DNA of 64,000 nt from Eledone cirrhosa (taxonomy: Eukaryota), in NCBI GenBank assembly GCA_964016885.1, contig OZ024742.1, positions 210,862,001-210,926,000 of the forward strand. The letters run 5' to 3'. The translations under genes were made by a program, and so were the position numbers. The notes beneath the pieces are model-generated. The model worked only from the letters and a program-made list of their open reading frames with translations. It had not been told where the DNA came from and searched no databases. This document shows positions 61,714 to 64,000 of this stretch, piece after piece (the stretch's first letter is position 1; each line of letters starts with the position of its first letter).

Positions 61714-64000
61714 GTAAGAAATGTTCTATATAAATATCAAGATATTGTCTAAATTGGATATTTATTTTTTTCATATTTTACTCTTTTCTCGATCATATGG
61801 GGTACATTTTTTTAGTCTGTTTTGGCCCGAAGTTTCTATTATTACCTCTCCCAGATGTATTTCCTGATATCTGCTACATTAATTACAAAACTAAATTTAA
61901 TTACTAAAGATAATAAAATGAATGAAATAAGCATATATTTATATATATATATAATTTAAATGTTTCTTACTTAAATCATATCTAAAAGATTTAATTAACC
62001 ATCAGTTTTAACAAACAAAAAATTGCTTCAGGTTTAGAAAACTAGGCTATTTCATTTGTTTAAAACCTTTTGCTGCAAATATAAACAATAACGATTCCTA
62101 TTTTATAATTATATTATCCTAACATTGTTTGAGGGAAGGGGGTTGAATATGATGGGAATTTTCCCCTTATTCTTTTCGTTTGTTTAGGTTTTCTTCAAAT
62201 CTTAGTCTTTTGACATCCAGATCCGTTTGGGCGATCTTCTGGGTTTTTTTTAAAGCATGTAAATGATTGTAGCGAACATTTTTTTAAACACCACAGATAG
62301 TTAAAAACACGTTTCATCTATAAGTTGCTTTGAAACAAAAACTTTAATGGTAGGGTAAATCTGAGATAAACTATAGTTTATTTGAAAGTTTTGTAACAGA
62401 TGACACTACTCTTTGGTCCCACATACAGCGGTGTGCCTTTCTTCCTAGAAAATAATTTAAAAGCTTGTGTCAAACGAATTTGAAAGTTTTGATAGAAACC
62501 TCATCTATAAATTTTAGAAATATATGTGAAAGCCGAACAGCTATTTAAAATGAAAAAATATGTACATATATCAATCGTAAATTAAAAGATGTTTCCAAAT
62601 TCTCCAAAAAGTAACAACAAAAATAAATAAAAAGAAACTTTCAAAATCGAGGAAATGTTTAAAATATTTGAGAACTGTTAATTATATATTTGTGATTGAT
62701 GAATAAAATATTTAAAAGGAAGTTATTATTTGCAATAGTTATATTTTTTTTAATATTACGCCTATCCGGAGAGGAATTGCGAAGAAATAATAAAGTATGA
62801 AACCGGCTTCTCATAAACAAAAATGTTGATAGTAATTTAAATAAGAAAATGCTATATTCTTAGCATTGAACTTGTTTTATTAATTTATTTATACTATTTT
62901 TATTTTAGTTCTCTCTGAGATCAACTTGTCGCTTAGTAAATATTTCATCTTAGCGTCTTTCAAGAAAAAAAATAACTTTAAATATTAAAACTAAATGTAT
63001 AGATCTCTGTCAAATTTAAATGATATTATTCATCTTTTCTCCACTTTCGATTTAATTTGTTTCGATATCTGTTATAAAAAGTAAACACGATTAAATTAGC
63101 CAATATACACGTACACATGTAGTGATATATTTTAAAGGTAATTTTCGGATTTAGAAAGAGTAATATCCCTTCCTTGCCTCCATCTATATGTTGTGTTCCA
63201 GCTGAACCATTAAAATATTATTTTATAAGGCAAGAAACCTTTATAGTATATATAATGCTATGAAATCTATGTGTTTTTGTGGGTGTGGAGAAGCATTTTA
63301 AACCTGATTTGATGTTTTACACGTAATATGTATGTAATATTTTGTGAGTGTTCAATAACAGAAGTTGGTTGATTGGAAAGAATATATTTTACAAGTTTTG
63401 ATTGAATATTAATAGGGGTTTTTTTTCTGAAACTAAAATTTTAGTGTGTGTATATAAAAATCACATAATCTTCAAATGTTTGATTTTCTTAATTGTTATA
63501 TTGTTAAACAACTATGATAAATTTATATGTGTATACATGTGAAATGAAATTTTCAGTGACTGAAGTAACACTAGTTACTGCAGTACATTTTGAATTGAAT
63601 TATATGGGAAAGACAAAATTGCTGAATTAGTAGAATTGGCTTTGAATCTTCTGCTTTAAGTAGTCTCCTTAATTATATTGTAAACAATAGAATATTTGAT
63701 TACATACCAAAATCTGTATTTAATCATCTATATTCTTTGGTACTGAATTATTGTTGGAAAGTGTGAATTGAATAAATTATTCAAGGTTGCCATATTTACA
63801 CATGTCTAGCCACAAGATTGAAAATGATCAGAAAAAATCTGGAGAAAGTAAAGATTTAACTGGATATTCGTCAAAAGCCCGTAGACATTAAAAGAAATCG
63901 TCCATGAGCGATGGGTAGCTAGGGAGGGTGGTGGATCTAGGGGAACACCTTAAGATCACTCCCTGCATAAAGGTTTCATTTTGCTTAGCAGATTAATTGA

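Overview
AT-rich, repeat-dense eukaryotic (metazoan) genomic DNA; the repeat families suggest an octopus-like cephalopod (inference). Host genes: the last 8 coding exons of TBC1D16 (Rab-GAP, + strand, 19821-35697, all GT-AG with consistent phases), an intronless 375-aa orphan ORF on the - strand (42167-43294) with a candidate RFX X-box upstream, and a possible first exon of another gene near 61.6 kb. The rest is mostly transposons: many tRNA-derived SINEs, RTE LINEs with a PHD finger inside the RT, R4/Dong-like and CRE-like RLE non-LTR fragments, piggyBac-type and other MITEs, a Helitron-like element, a Tc1 remnant, CsRn1-type Gypsy elements, and two compact Gypsy-like LTR elements. The most notable observation is that both compact LTR elements lack a canonical TGG primer-binding site. 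Each instead has, flush with the 5' LTR, a 12-mer complementary to the 5'-terminal 12 nt of tRNA-Phe, which suggests priming by a 5' tRNA fragment, and each has a splice donor in U5 that could excise this site. Three type-I hammerhead ribozyme folds of the Penelope type are also present.
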